Notes under the pieces: model-generated | Databases searched by the model: none | The model's input: only the letters and a program-made list of their open reading frames with translations | What the model was told of the DNA's origin: nothing | Made by a program: the position numbers and the translations under genes | IMG/VR virus record: IMGVR_UViG_3300037483_000078 | Span: 1 to 43,862 of that record | Direction: 5' to 3' (one strand) | DNA: 43,862 nucleotides | DNA from: a virus | Lineage: Duplodnaviria > Caudoviricetes | In this document: piece after piece, positions 35,781 to 43,625 of the stretch | How the letters are laid out: every line of letters begins with the position of its first letter | Position numbering within the stretch: the first letter of the stretch is position 1

Positions 35781-36023
35781 TCACACCTCCAATAGTTGTT
35801 CCGTTTCGTAGTGCATGTTTGCGTTTTTGATGCACTTCTGAAAATCAATCCCGTATGACGTGCAGTAGTGCATCAGGTCTGCGAGTAGATCAATTACAAC
35901 GCTTTCCTTCTCGTCATATAGATCACCCCACGGGCCGCCCTCTTTATCTTCGGAATAGGCATTGATGGCGTTCTCCGCATAACACACGCGGTCAATCACC
36001 GTGATTTCTTTTTCCTGGTTCAT
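35781..36023 (-). CDS. Small helical early protein, paralog 1
   Basis: DLLADLMHYC...GIDF.....A..HY..E; AGGAG RBS. Confidence 0.7.
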   Translation of the reverse strand: MNQEKEITVIDRVCYAENAINAYSEDKEGGPWGDLYDEKESVVIDLLADLMHYCTSYGIDFQKCIKNANMHYETEQLLEV

Positions 36024-36100
36024 GTTCGTAGCTCCTGTTAAGCGCGGGTTGCGCCCCGCTGTCTCCTCGTGGTGAGCGAAGGGACAGGGAGACGTGCCAG

Positions 36101-36364
36101 CTAATAGCGCCGAGTGCGGTCGGGAAGGTCTGGCGTAACCTCACACAATGTTTGCCAGTTCCCGTCTTTGTTATATCGCCCGGTGTATCCACCGCACGAA
36201 AAGATCAGCGTGTTAAAGGCTGGATACCCGGTTTTGGCAAAGGCGGCCCCCTGTCCGTCGAACGGTCCGCCGCGAAGAACGTGCGCTATGTGTTTGCCCA
36301 CCCGCCTACTTGCGGCGCATACCTGCCGCATGTGCTTCTCGCCCGCTGTAATTGACTTACGCAT
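36101..36364 (-). CDS. Hypothetical early protein
   Basis: GGAGG RBS before MRKS; L.GGPFDG motif. Confidence 0.6.
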   Translation of the reverse strand: MRKSITAGEKHMRQVCAASRRVGKHIAHVLRGGPFDGQGAAFAKTGYPAFNTLIFSCGGYTGRYNKDGNWQTLCEVTPDLPDRTRRY

Positions 36365-36390
36365 GTTTGTGCCTCCGATTGATTGGTTGA

Positions 36391-36582
36391 TTAGTCCGCC
36401 TGTTTGCGACAGAACACGCTTTCGCGTTCCAGCCGCCTGCGACAATAGGCGGTGTCGTTGTGTGTACGCTTGCGCCGTTCTATCTTGTCGTTGATGCGCC
36501 CCATGACGGCGGCGAGTAGGACGATAAGAAAGGCGGCGAGTATCAGGCCGAGGCCAAAGAGTGCTACGTTTTCCGGGTGCAT
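36391..36582 (-). CDS. Small single-pass membrane protein
   Basis: Hydrophobic N-terminal helix and basic tail; GGAG RBS. Confidence 0.6.
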   Translation of the reverse strand: MHPENVALFGLGLILAAFLIVLLAAVMGRINDKIERRKRTHNDTAYCRRRLERESVFCRKQAD

Positions 36583-36584
36583 GT

Positions 36585-36803
36585 TTATGTCTCCGCTGTG
36601 GTGTGCTGCTGTATCCAGGTTTCCGCTTCCCGCTTTGTGCGGGAGGTAAACGCGCCAAGGTGCGTTGGGTGTCCGTAGTCGTGGAACACCACAAACTTGT
36701 GGCTTGGCATGTATGGCGAAAACTGTGGGTCATTTTTAATCCCGCGATTCTCGCGCCGTAGGGGAACCATTAGTTGCTTTACCCACTCCCGCTTGGTTTG
36801 CAT
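36585..36803 (-). CDS. Hypothetical early protein
   Basis: GGAGG RBS; LG.F.....EAE.WI pattern. Confidence 0.6.
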   Translation of the reverse strand: MQTKREWVKQLMVPLRRENRGIKNDPQFSPYMPSHKFVVFHDYGHPTHLGAFTSRTKREAETWIQQHTTAET

Positions 36804-36806
36804 GTT

Positions 36807-36953
36807 TCAGCCCTCCAATAATTCGCGGCACACGTCGCCCGCGTCTAGTGTGATTTCTTCCACGTCGCACTCTTCCACCTCGATGAGTGGGAGTTTGCGG
36901 CGTAACCGTTCGGACAGATCAAAGAGTGTTGCCGATTGCTTTTCCGTTACCAT
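36807..36953 (-). CDS. 48-aa acidic early protein (not in the ORF track)
   Basis: MVTEKQSATLFDLSERLRRKLPLIEVEECDVEEITLDAGDVCRELLEG*; GAGG RBS. Confidence 0.55.
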   Translation of the reverse strand: MVTEKQSATLFDLSERLRRKLPLIEVEECDVEEITLDAGDVCRELLEG

Positions 36954-36985
36954 GTTTGCGTTCCTCGTTTGGTTGCGTTAGTGGA

Positions 36986-37609
36986 TTACTCCGGGCGTTT
37001 AAAACCCGCCGGGAGAACGGCCCCGTACAGGTTCGCCCCGTACAGGTTCGCCCCGGACAGGTTCGCCCCGGACAGGTCCGCCCCGGACAGGTCCGCCCTG
37101 TACAGGTTCGCCCTGGACAGGTTCGCCCCGGACAGGCCCGCCCCGTACAGGTTCGCCCCGTACAGGTTCGCCCCGGACAGGCTCGCCCCGGACAGGTCCG
37201 CCCTGTACAGGTTCGCCCCGGACAGGTCCGCCCCGTACAGGTCCGCCCCGTACAGGTCCGCCCCGGACAGGCCCGCCCCGTACAGGTTCGCCCCGGACAG
37301 GTCCGCCCCGTACAGGTTCGCCCTGTACAGGTTCGCCCCGGACAGGTTCGCCCTGGACAGGTTCACCCCGGACAGGTCCGCCCCGTACAGGTTCGCCCTG
37401 GACAGGTTCGCCCCGGACAGTGACCAGATAGGAACGAGATGCCGATTAAACAGCCAGCCTAAGTAGGCGCGGCAGTCGGACAAAAGGAATTTAATCTGCC
37501 CGTCTAGCGACCATTCCAGCGCGCCTTCGGGAAATGCTTTGCTCCACGCGGCCAGCCCTTCAGCGCATGGCGAGTGCTTTAGAATGTCATTGGTTGTGAG
37601 TGTGTACAT
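36986..37609 (-). CDS. Pentapeptide-repeat protein
   Basis: 27 units of L(S/Y)(G/R)A(N/D) after an N-terminal PC..G..W domain; GAGGAG RBS before MYTL. Confidence 0.92.
   Translation of the reverse strand: MYTLTTNDILKHSPCAEGLAAWSKAFPEGALEWSLDGQIKFLLSDCRAYLGWLFNRHLVPIWSLSGANLSRANLYGADLSGVNLSRANLSGANLYRANLYGADLSGANLYGAGLSGADLYGADLYGADLSGANLYRADLSGASLSGANLYGANLYGAGLSGANLSRANLYRADLSGADLSGANLSGANLYGANLYGAVLPAGFKRPE
37016..37420 (-). repeat. 27 x 15-nt tandem repeat CTG-TMC-RGG-GCG-RRC
   Basis: Directly visible; 405 nt = 27 units. Confidence 0.95.
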
Positions 37610-37651
37610 GTTTGCGTCTCCTCTCATTTCGATATACGGCGCGGTATTGCG

Positions 37652-37700
37652 CCCGGTAAACCCCTCGCTGGCTTGTGGGCTGGCGAAGGGTTTACAGGCC
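37652..37700 (-). promoter_or_regulatory. Long stem-loop in the early leader (RNase III-type site candidate)
   Basis: GTAAACCCTTCGC...GCGAGGGGTTTAC arms. Confidence 0.5.
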
Positions 37701-37730
37701 GCTTGTCAGTGTTCCGTAGAAGTGAGACAT

Positions 37731-38350
37731 GGTGTTCTCCTTTGTTTCAGGTTTCAGGTATCCGAGAACGCATATAATCCGTTCTCTCATATATAAGGCA
37801 CAAGAAATCCGTGCCAACATTTTGCCAGTCGTGGAGTTTCAATAACTTGCAAGGCAATATATTTTTAAACGCTACCGTTCGTCAGACAGTTGCGTGTGCG
37901 AATACTTCACCAGACGAAAAAAAAATAGATACACCCCATAACGGACGCACACACAAACAAAGCGCGCACCAGGTATCGCGCCATGTCCGGCCGATGCGCG
38001 CCAATAGATCAGCCAATCGCGCCACAACACGCGCACACTGGATTAAACATCTAGTGGCGCGCCTTGCCCGCTCGCGCGGTGCGCGTGCGTGTGTCCTTGT
38101 GCGTGGCGCTGGCGCCATTCGCCGCCCTATAGAATGACCGCGCGCGTACCCAGGCGCGACCGGGCGTGCGCGGGGGGTAACTGGATAAACGGTGGTCCGA
38201 AGATGCCCCCTCGGAATTTTGCAGCAAAACCAGCCCGATTCCGCGCATGGCCCTAGGAAGCCCCAGGTTCAACGATAACCATCCGGGGGCGGCACTGATG
38301 CGTCCCCGGATAGCTATGCCAATTATTACGCTTATAATTAGCCTTCCCGC
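37731..38350. other. Non-coding junction between late and early regions; probable physical genome ends and host-RNAP early promoter
   Basis: Longest gene-free stretch, lying between the post-terminase genes and the first early gene; AT-rich patches and palindromes at 37764-37815. Confidence 0.65.
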
Positions 38351-38355
38351 CGCAG

Positions 38356-38538
38356 CTACGGGTTGATCTTGAGGCCAGCCCGTCGGTCAGCCTGCGGCCC
38401 GACCTTCAGGGACTCCCGAGGGTCTCCCTTGGTGTCCCGCTGCTTCAGCCACTCCTCTTTACTCAGGAGCGGGCCTTCGGTGTGGTCCTCGACGTACTGT
38501 AAGTATTCGAGGTGTGCCTTCTCGCCTGGATATGCCAT
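38356..38538 (-). CDS. Hypothetical protein
   Basis: AAGGA RBS before MAYPG; 60 aa. Confidence 0.55.
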   Translation of the reverse strand: MAYPGEKAHLEYLQYVEDHTEGPLLSKEEWLKQRDTKGDPRESLKVGPQADRRAGLKINP

Positions 38539-38546
38539 TGTGTTCC

Positions 38547-38825
38547 TTACGCGGCTGTGCAACGAGCAAAGAGAATCGTGAGAGTCTTCTCGCCCTGCTT
38601 GATGGTTTGGGGTTGGCCGACTCCGCAGAACACCACAACAACGGAGTTCCCGTTGTCGATGATGAGGGCGGGAGCTTTGGGAAACTTCTCGATGACCAGA
38701 GGAGGACACTCGGTTCCGGCTTCAGGCAGCAACTCTGCGCTTGGCACATAGGCGGCCCAGGTGCCACCCGCGATGGTTGCGAGCAGAATCACGAGGCTAA
38801 TGAAGAAACTCTTAATGCTTCGCAT
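38547..38825 (-). CDS. Hypothetical exported protein
   Basis: Signal-peptide-like N-terminus MRSIKSFFISLVILLATIAGGTWA; AGGAG RBS. Confidence 0.6.
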   Translation of the reverse strand: MRSIKSFFISLVILLATIAGGTWAAYVPSAELLPEAGTECPPLVIEKFPKAPALIIDNGNSVVVVFCGVGQPQTIKQGEKTLTILFARCTAA

Positions 38826-39228
38826 GGGTGCTCCTGAAGTAAATGAACGAGTGGTCCAACTTCTCAATCTTCATGCCCGCCCTGACGTGCAGGTTGGCGC
38901 TACGAATGTTGGAATGGTGCGTGTAGGTCTTGAAGGGAAGTCCCATGCCGCGCGCGGTGGTGATGGCGCGTTGAGCCATCTCTGCACCAAGCCCGCGCTT
39001 GCGGTGGGACGCAGAGACACCCAAGCGGTCCCCTTGTACTGACTTCTTGCCGACGCGGAGGATGTAGTAGGCCGCGATGTCACCCTCGACGTGATGGAGG
39101 AGAACGACAAGCTGTCCACTGGTGTGTAGACGGCGGACGTACTTCGGTCGACTGTACTTATCGGCATCCCCGAAACACTTGGCGTTCAGGGCACACATCT
39201 CTTCTATTGACCTGGCAAGTGTATCCAC
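38812..39228 (-). CDS. GNAT-family acetyltransferase
   Basis: LGV...HRKRGLG acetyl-CoA loop; N..S..L..RAG. Confidence 0.85.
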   Translation of the reverse strand: MDTLARSIEEMCALNAKCFGDADKYSRPKYVRRLHTSGQLVVLLHHVEGDIAAYYILRVGKKSVQGDRLGVSASHRKRGLGAEMAQRAITTARGMGLPFKTYTHHSNIRSANLHVRAGMKIEKLDHSFIYFRSTHAKH

Positions 39229-40871
39229 GATGCTCCTTTACTCTGTTGACCCGTCGCGGTCTCCATGAACTTACGGAGTTCCTCGTCGAGCAGTTTCTGG
39301 CGGTGTTCCTCTGCGGCCTTCTTGGTGTCCTTCGCCATGTGCTCTGTCCAATACTTGACAGCGATAGCGAGGGCATCAATACGGTCGTCTTGAGCCAGCG
39401 CACCACGATCTTTGGTGAGGCGGGTTAGCTGGTAGAGGAGTTGGTACTTCACTTCCACCTTGGCGTCCGAGAGGATGATCTTCTCGTCAAGGACAAGGCG
39501 GTGCTGGTTGAGGATGGGCTCGAGGGTCTCGATGATGCGGAGTTCTTTCTGAGCGCCGTGGCGAACGTCCACCACTGTGCAGGAGTGTCCGTTCTCGGTG
39601 AGGACGGGCTTGAGCAACTCAGCGAACATTCCATCACCGAAGTTGGACTCGATGACAATCTCGTTTACTCCCTGCTCCTTCGCGACTAGTGAGAGGGTCT
39701 TCAAGTTCTCAGGGGTGTATCCACCCTTCAACCCACCCGAGGCGGTGATGTAGAGCAGACCAGAGAGAATCTTCACGACCGCGTAGCCGGTCTCGTCCTT
39801 GCCTCGGCCGGCGGGGTCGATAGCCATGACGGAGCCGGTGTACGCAACCCACTCCTTCGCCACATACATAGGGTGGTAGAAGCGGTCCCCGGCCAGGCCA
39901 ACAGCCGGGAGATGTCCGATGACGAGGTCGGGGCTTGAGGCCCACGAGACTTGCACCGGGGCAATCTTGTCGTTGCACGAGATGACCACGAGGTCTCTGA
40001 GCTTGAGCGGATAGCGCTCTGCGTCAGACATCGAGGTGTCCAGCATGAACTGCAAGGCAAACCCGGAGCGACCATAGGACGCCTCGCGTTCCAAGAGTTC
40101 CAACTCGCCGAAGCGCGTGGGGTCGGTGGGTGTCCCCGCAGGAACCCCACGGGCTATCATGTCGGTGACGAAAGGCGCGAGAGCGCCCTTGTAGCTGATG
40201 ACCTTGTCGGCCGTGGGGACTCGCGCGGGCCACACACGCATCTCATAGCCTCGCGCGGGGAGCCCGTTGTAGATGGACATCTCACTCTGCGGGGTGCCGA
40301 GGAAGATGATGCGCGAGGTGGGCTTTGGCGTCATCACAGCCTCGAACTCCTTGATGGCTTCAGCGAGCCGGTCACGCAGCATCTGCGTGAGAGAGTTGTT
40401 GAGTGTCTCGATGTCGTCCGCGATAACCTCGTCGGCACGCGAGCCGCTGATCTGGCCGGTGATACCGACGGACTTTACGGATGGAGCGTGGGCCGCCATG
40501 GTGGGGCCGACATCGAACGCGACGTTGGAGTCGCGCTGTCCTTCCTTCGCCATGAGGTGCTGAAGGATTGGCATCTCGCTAATCAGGCGCTTTGTAAAGG
40601 TGGAGAAAGCGTCTGCGCGGTCCTTCGAGGCGGATACCACGAGGAACTTTAGCTGTGGGTCAAAAAGCAGACGCCAGCACACATAGGCCGACGTAATCCA
40701 ACTCTTCCCTTCACCACGGAACGCTTCGATGACGCAGCGGCGCGGGCCGTACTGTAAGTAATCTGCAAGATCATACTGAGCCGGCGTAGGGTCGGGTAGG
40801 TTGAGGTGCTTCCAAACTAAGAACAGGAAGTTTTTGAAATTACGGAGTGGGTGGCCGGCTTCAAACTCCAC
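39204..40871 (-). CDS. Terminase large subunit (gp19-like)
   Basis: EAFRGEGKSW Walker A, IADDIE Walker B, LGTPQ, IDPAGRGKDET and DDRIDAL nuclease motifs. Confidence 0.97.
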   Translation of the reverse strand: MEFEAGHPLRNFKNFLFLVWKHLNLPDPTPAQYDLADYLQYGPRRCVIEAFRGEGKSWITSAYVCWRLLFDPQLKFLVVSASKDRADAFSTFTKRLISEMPILQHLMAKEGQRDSNVAFDVGPTMAAHAPSVKSVGITGQISGSRADEVIADDIETLNNSLTQMLRDRLAEAIKEFEAVMTPKPTSRIIFLGTPQSEMSIYNGLPARGYEMRVWPARVPTADKVISYKGALAPFVTDMIARGVPAGTPTDPTRFGELELLEREASYGRSGFALQFMLDTSMSDAERYPLKLRDLVVISCNDKIAPVQVSWASSPDLVIGHLPAVGLAGDRFYHPMYVAKEWVAYTGSVMAIDPAGRGKDETGYAVVKILSGLLYITASGGLKGGYTPENLKTLSLVAKEQGVNEIVIESNFGDGMFAELLKPVLTENGHSCTVVDVRHGAQKELRIIETLEPILNQHRLVLDEKIILSDAKVEVKYQLLYQLTRLTKDRGALAQDDRIDALAIAVKYWTEHMAKDTKKAAEEHRQKLLDEELRKFMETATGQQSKGASWIHLPGQ

Positions 40872-41247
40872 GAACTATAGCCTCCGCCATGCGCGTTACG
40901 TCTGCATGCGTTCCTGTTCCTTTAGCCGCGTTATACATCCACAGGGTCACTTGTACATTGTCGTCGGTATACCCCTTCGTTTGATCTTTTCGATCAAGTG
41001 ATGGGGAAAATGGGTGGCGGCCGTTTCCCATGAAGAACGGAACACCAGTGGCTTCACAGTGCCCGTTTGTGATTGCCCTCGCGACGAACTCGACGGATAG
41101 AGAAAACGGGATGTTAAGTTTTAAAGCGCGGCGCTTAGCTCCGCCAACAAGGTGTACGGCGCGGCCACGCGGTGTGCGCCGGTATGCAAGCATCTCTGGC
41201 AGGCGCTTATCTCGGAACTTATAATAGTTCCGCAGCGATTTATTCAC
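40861..41247 (-). CDS. Putative homing endonuclease, SPSLDR-type
   Basis: AKRRA....PF.LS...C..TGVPF...SPSLDR....KGYT.DNVQV....YN.AK; GTG start at 41247 after GAGG. Confidence 0.75.
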   Translation of the reverse strand: MNKSLRNYYKFRDKRLPEMLAYRRTPRGRAVHLVGGAKRRALKLNIPFSLSVEFVARAITNGHCEATGVPFFMGNGRHPFSPSLDRKDQTKGYTDDNVQVTLWMYNAAKGTGTHADVTRMAEAIVRGV

Positions 41248-41448
41248 AGTTACCTCTGTGTATTGAACACGAGCCAAGGGCTCGTGAAGTGGGGAATAGG
41301 TGTCCCCCAGGGATGGGGGACTAGAGAACCGTTGAGGCCGGTTCAACGCTGCCAAGCAAGCGCTTGGTCTTCTGCTACGAGCGCCCTCGTAGCGCCGGAA
41401 AGTAAATGTAGAGCCGTACTTTCCGCAACGGTTTGTAAGCCTTTATGC

Positions 41449-41832
41449 TTACAGTTCGCGAACCTTCACAGCCAGCGAGATGACGCACGTTGCGCCCTGC
41501 GGGGTTGTGCCGTTGACGAACTTCGCGCGGGCATAACGCTTGGTCATGCGCGCGGCAGCATACATGCTGTTGGCGGCCGTCGAGTTCACAGCAGCGCGTG
41601 CGTCACCACCGAGGCCGGGAGCCGGGGCGGTCGAGGGGCTCGACATATCAGCGTTGTCACTGACTTCGATGGTGAGTACCTGCGCGCCGGCAGCTACATC
41701 GCCCGCCTTGAGAGCTTCGAGGTGGGCTTGCTTCAGGAACAGGTCGAACCCCGTGCCCATGTCGATGATTGGTGAATAGGCCGTCGCGGCGTTGCCGACT
41801 GCGGCAGCCGCGCTCATGGCTTTGATTTGCAT
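41449..41832 (-). CDS. Small beta-rich protein, possible capsid cement/decoration type
   Basis: S..ID.G...L.IE.SD..DMSSP...KRY.R pattern; family call is tentative. Confidence 0.55.
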   Translation of the reverse strand: MQIKAMSAAAAVGNAATAYSPIIDMGTGFDLFLKQAHLEALKAGDVAAGAQVLTIEVSDNADMSSPSTAPAPGLGGDARAAVNSTAANSMYAAARMTKRYARAKFVNGTTPQGATCVISLAVKVREL

Positions 41833-42110
41833 TACTTGGAAACTCCGGGGGAAGATGGGTTGAGGGGTGGGGAGGACATATCGCCCTCGAACGGAAAGGC
41901 GGCCATTAGCTTGCCGAGTGGGCTGCCGGGGACGGCCTTCGATTCGATGCCGTTGTCTTTGAGGAACTGCCGAGCTACGTTGAGGATTGACGCGGACGGT
42001 GGGAGAGTAATCCCCTCCGCGTCCACGCCTGGCTGCGCTTCGATCTGGTCCGTGAGAACCTTCGCGAGCGCCTCGTGTAGCTTCTGCATCTGTGTGTCGG
42101 TAGCGGCCAT
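41832..42110 (-). CDS. Terminase small subunit (gp18-like)
   Basis: LH..LA..L...I...AS.LNVARQFLKDNGI; start MAAT at 42110. Confidence 0.9.
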   Translation of the reverse strand: MAATDTQMQKLHEALAKVLTDQIEAQPGVDAEGITLPPSASILNVARQFLKDNGIESKAVPGSPLGKLMAAFPFEGDMSSPPLNPSSPGVSK

Positions 42111-42111
42111 G

Positions 42112-42318
42112 TTATGTAAACTTCTTGACGGCGACGGATACGGCCGCGCTGATGATGGTGGCTGCGCCCAAGAGCCAAGCACGAGAGTTCTCTAGCGAGC
42201 GGATGCGAGCTTCGAGCTTCTCGACGTGTTCCTCGTGGGTTCCTACGGCCGTCACGAGGGCGTCTACTTTACCTTCGAGGCGGCCGAGGATGAGGAGGAT
42301 GTTTTCTGTTTCGTTCAC
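42112..42318 (-). CDS. Coiled-coil plus C-terminal TM protein (XhlA-like, holin position)
   Basis: LGRLEGKVD...LEARIRSLE..RAWLLG followed by a hydrophobic tail. Confidence 0.7.
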   Translation of the reverse strand: MNETENILLILGRLEGKVDALVTAVGTHEEHVEKLEARIRSLENSRAWLLGAATIISAAVSVAVKKFT

Positions 42319-43625
42319 TGTAAGTCCTTCTCCGAAATACTGAAGCCACCTGGGGGTTTACGGTTTGCAAACGGACGATAGAGCGGGTCGCCCCATACAG
42401 TGAAGCACCAAGCAAGATGCGTTCCCCCGAAGGCAAAGCTGGCCTCGGTAGCGGTTAGGCCGCGCAACAAATGACGCAGCATAATAACGGACGGTACAAG
42501 CCCGCTTGCATACGGTTCATACCACGCTCCCATCGCGCAGCAGGCACCCGCCTTTAACGCTTGGTATCCCTGCTGCAATCCCAATGAAGTCCATTGATAA
42601 AACCACGAGCCACGCTGGAACTCGTAACTGTTCACCCACGGATGGTCGAGAGCAAGATTACGCAGATTAGAACCGTAAATGCCCCACAACGGCTGCTTGG
42701 GTGAGAGCGTTCCGGCCTTCATTGTCGTATCGGAATAGGTCGCAGCAGGAGGGACAAGGCTCATACCCGTTGTGCTCTCGATGCAATGGCGCACATCGAA
42801 ACCGTAGGCGTGCAGCAATCGGCGCGAATACTCAGAACCGTCTGCCGGCACAGAACTCTGGTATGGATAAATGCCGATGTGCACCGGACCGTTGACGGTT
42901 CCCTCCATCGCCACGGCGTCGTCAATGATGCGCTTCGTATCCTCCCACGTTTCGGGGTCGGTTAATCCCTCCGCCGAACCGTTCCATCCGGCGAAATTCC
43001 CCGGCCAGCCGATACGTCCGCCGCACATCATTAGTGACGTAAGGTTTCCGGGAATGACCGCCGCCGTCCGATAGTCCGACCACGAAGGAATTCGCACGGT
43101 GAAATTGCGAGCTGTACCGTAGGGAGTACCGGAAGGCGGCTCCCCAATGGGGGTTTCGTTCCGCATTATCGGTGCAATGCGCGTATGGGTCAGCGTGGCT
43201 CCATCGGTCGTCGGGCTTTGCAGCGGGATAGATTCCGAACCCTCGGAGCGCGTCGGGTACACGTTCATTTCCTTGAGCATCCGCGCCGCTGCCACCAGCG
43301 ACGAAAAACTCAGCTTTGATCGCAGGCTGATGGAGTTCACCAGACTGTAAGCCCCTTCCGGCACGCACGCCGAACAAAGCACGATCTTGATGTCGTTGGC
43401 TTCGCAATAATTTGCAATGGTCGTCAGGTGTCCGGCCAAAAGCGCATCGGAGTCTGTGGTGGACATCAGCATCGTCGCCCCGAGGTCGAGGCCCAACTTA
43501 TGCTCCACCAGTCCGTGCGCGGCAATATAATAATCCGCCACCTGTTCACTGAGGGCGCTGAACGCGGCGTTCGTATTCCAGACGATCAGGACGCGATGCT
43601 TGAGACTCGATGAATGAGACAGCAT
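42315..43625 (-). CDS. TIGR03790-like protein, allele B (complete, 436 aa)
   Basis: N-terminal VLIVWNTN...S..VADYY, central GRIG, C-terminal GA....G..YEPY......L.GLT..EA......W...VWGDPLYRPF, which I recognise as the TIGR03790 layout. Confidence 0.72.
   Translation of the reverse strand: MLSHSSSLKHRVLIVWNTNAAFSALSEQVADYYIAAHGLVEHKLGLDLGATMLMSTTDSDALLAGHLTTIANYCEANDIKIVLCSACVPEGAYSLVNSISLRSKLSFSSLVAAARMLKEMNVYPTRSEGSESIPLQSPTTDGATLTHTRIAPIMRNETPIGEPPSGTPYGTARNFTVRIPSWSDYRTAAVIPGNLTSLMMCGGRIGWPGNFAGWNGSAEGLTDPETWEDTKRIIDDAVAMEGTVNGPVHIGIYPYQSSVPADGSEYSRRLLHAYGFDVRHCIESTTGMSLVPPAATYSDTTMKAGTLSPKQPLWGIYGSNLRNLALDHPWVNSYEFQRGSWFYQWTSLGLQQGYQALKAGACCAMGAWYEPYASGLVPSVIMLRHLLRGLTATEASFAFGGTHLAWCFTVWGDPLYRPFANRKPPGGFSISEKDLQ

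Noticed and set aside
37016-37420. CRISPR array
   Set aside because: Contiguous 15-nt in-frame coding repeats with no spacers and no cas genes
37797-37817. Sigma-54 promoter (TTGGCACG)
   Set aside because: The -12 element is absent at the required spacing (TCTT instead of TTGC)
5397-39042. Long plus-strand ORFs (for example 5397-6167, 27560-28501, 33582-34526, 36887-37423)
   Set aside because: Antisense shadows of GC-rich minus-strand genes with no recognisable motifs
40861-41448. Group I intron carrying an endonuclease within the terminase gene
   Set aside because: The terminase ORF has a complete gp19-like N-terminus and is uninterrupted; no group I core was recognised
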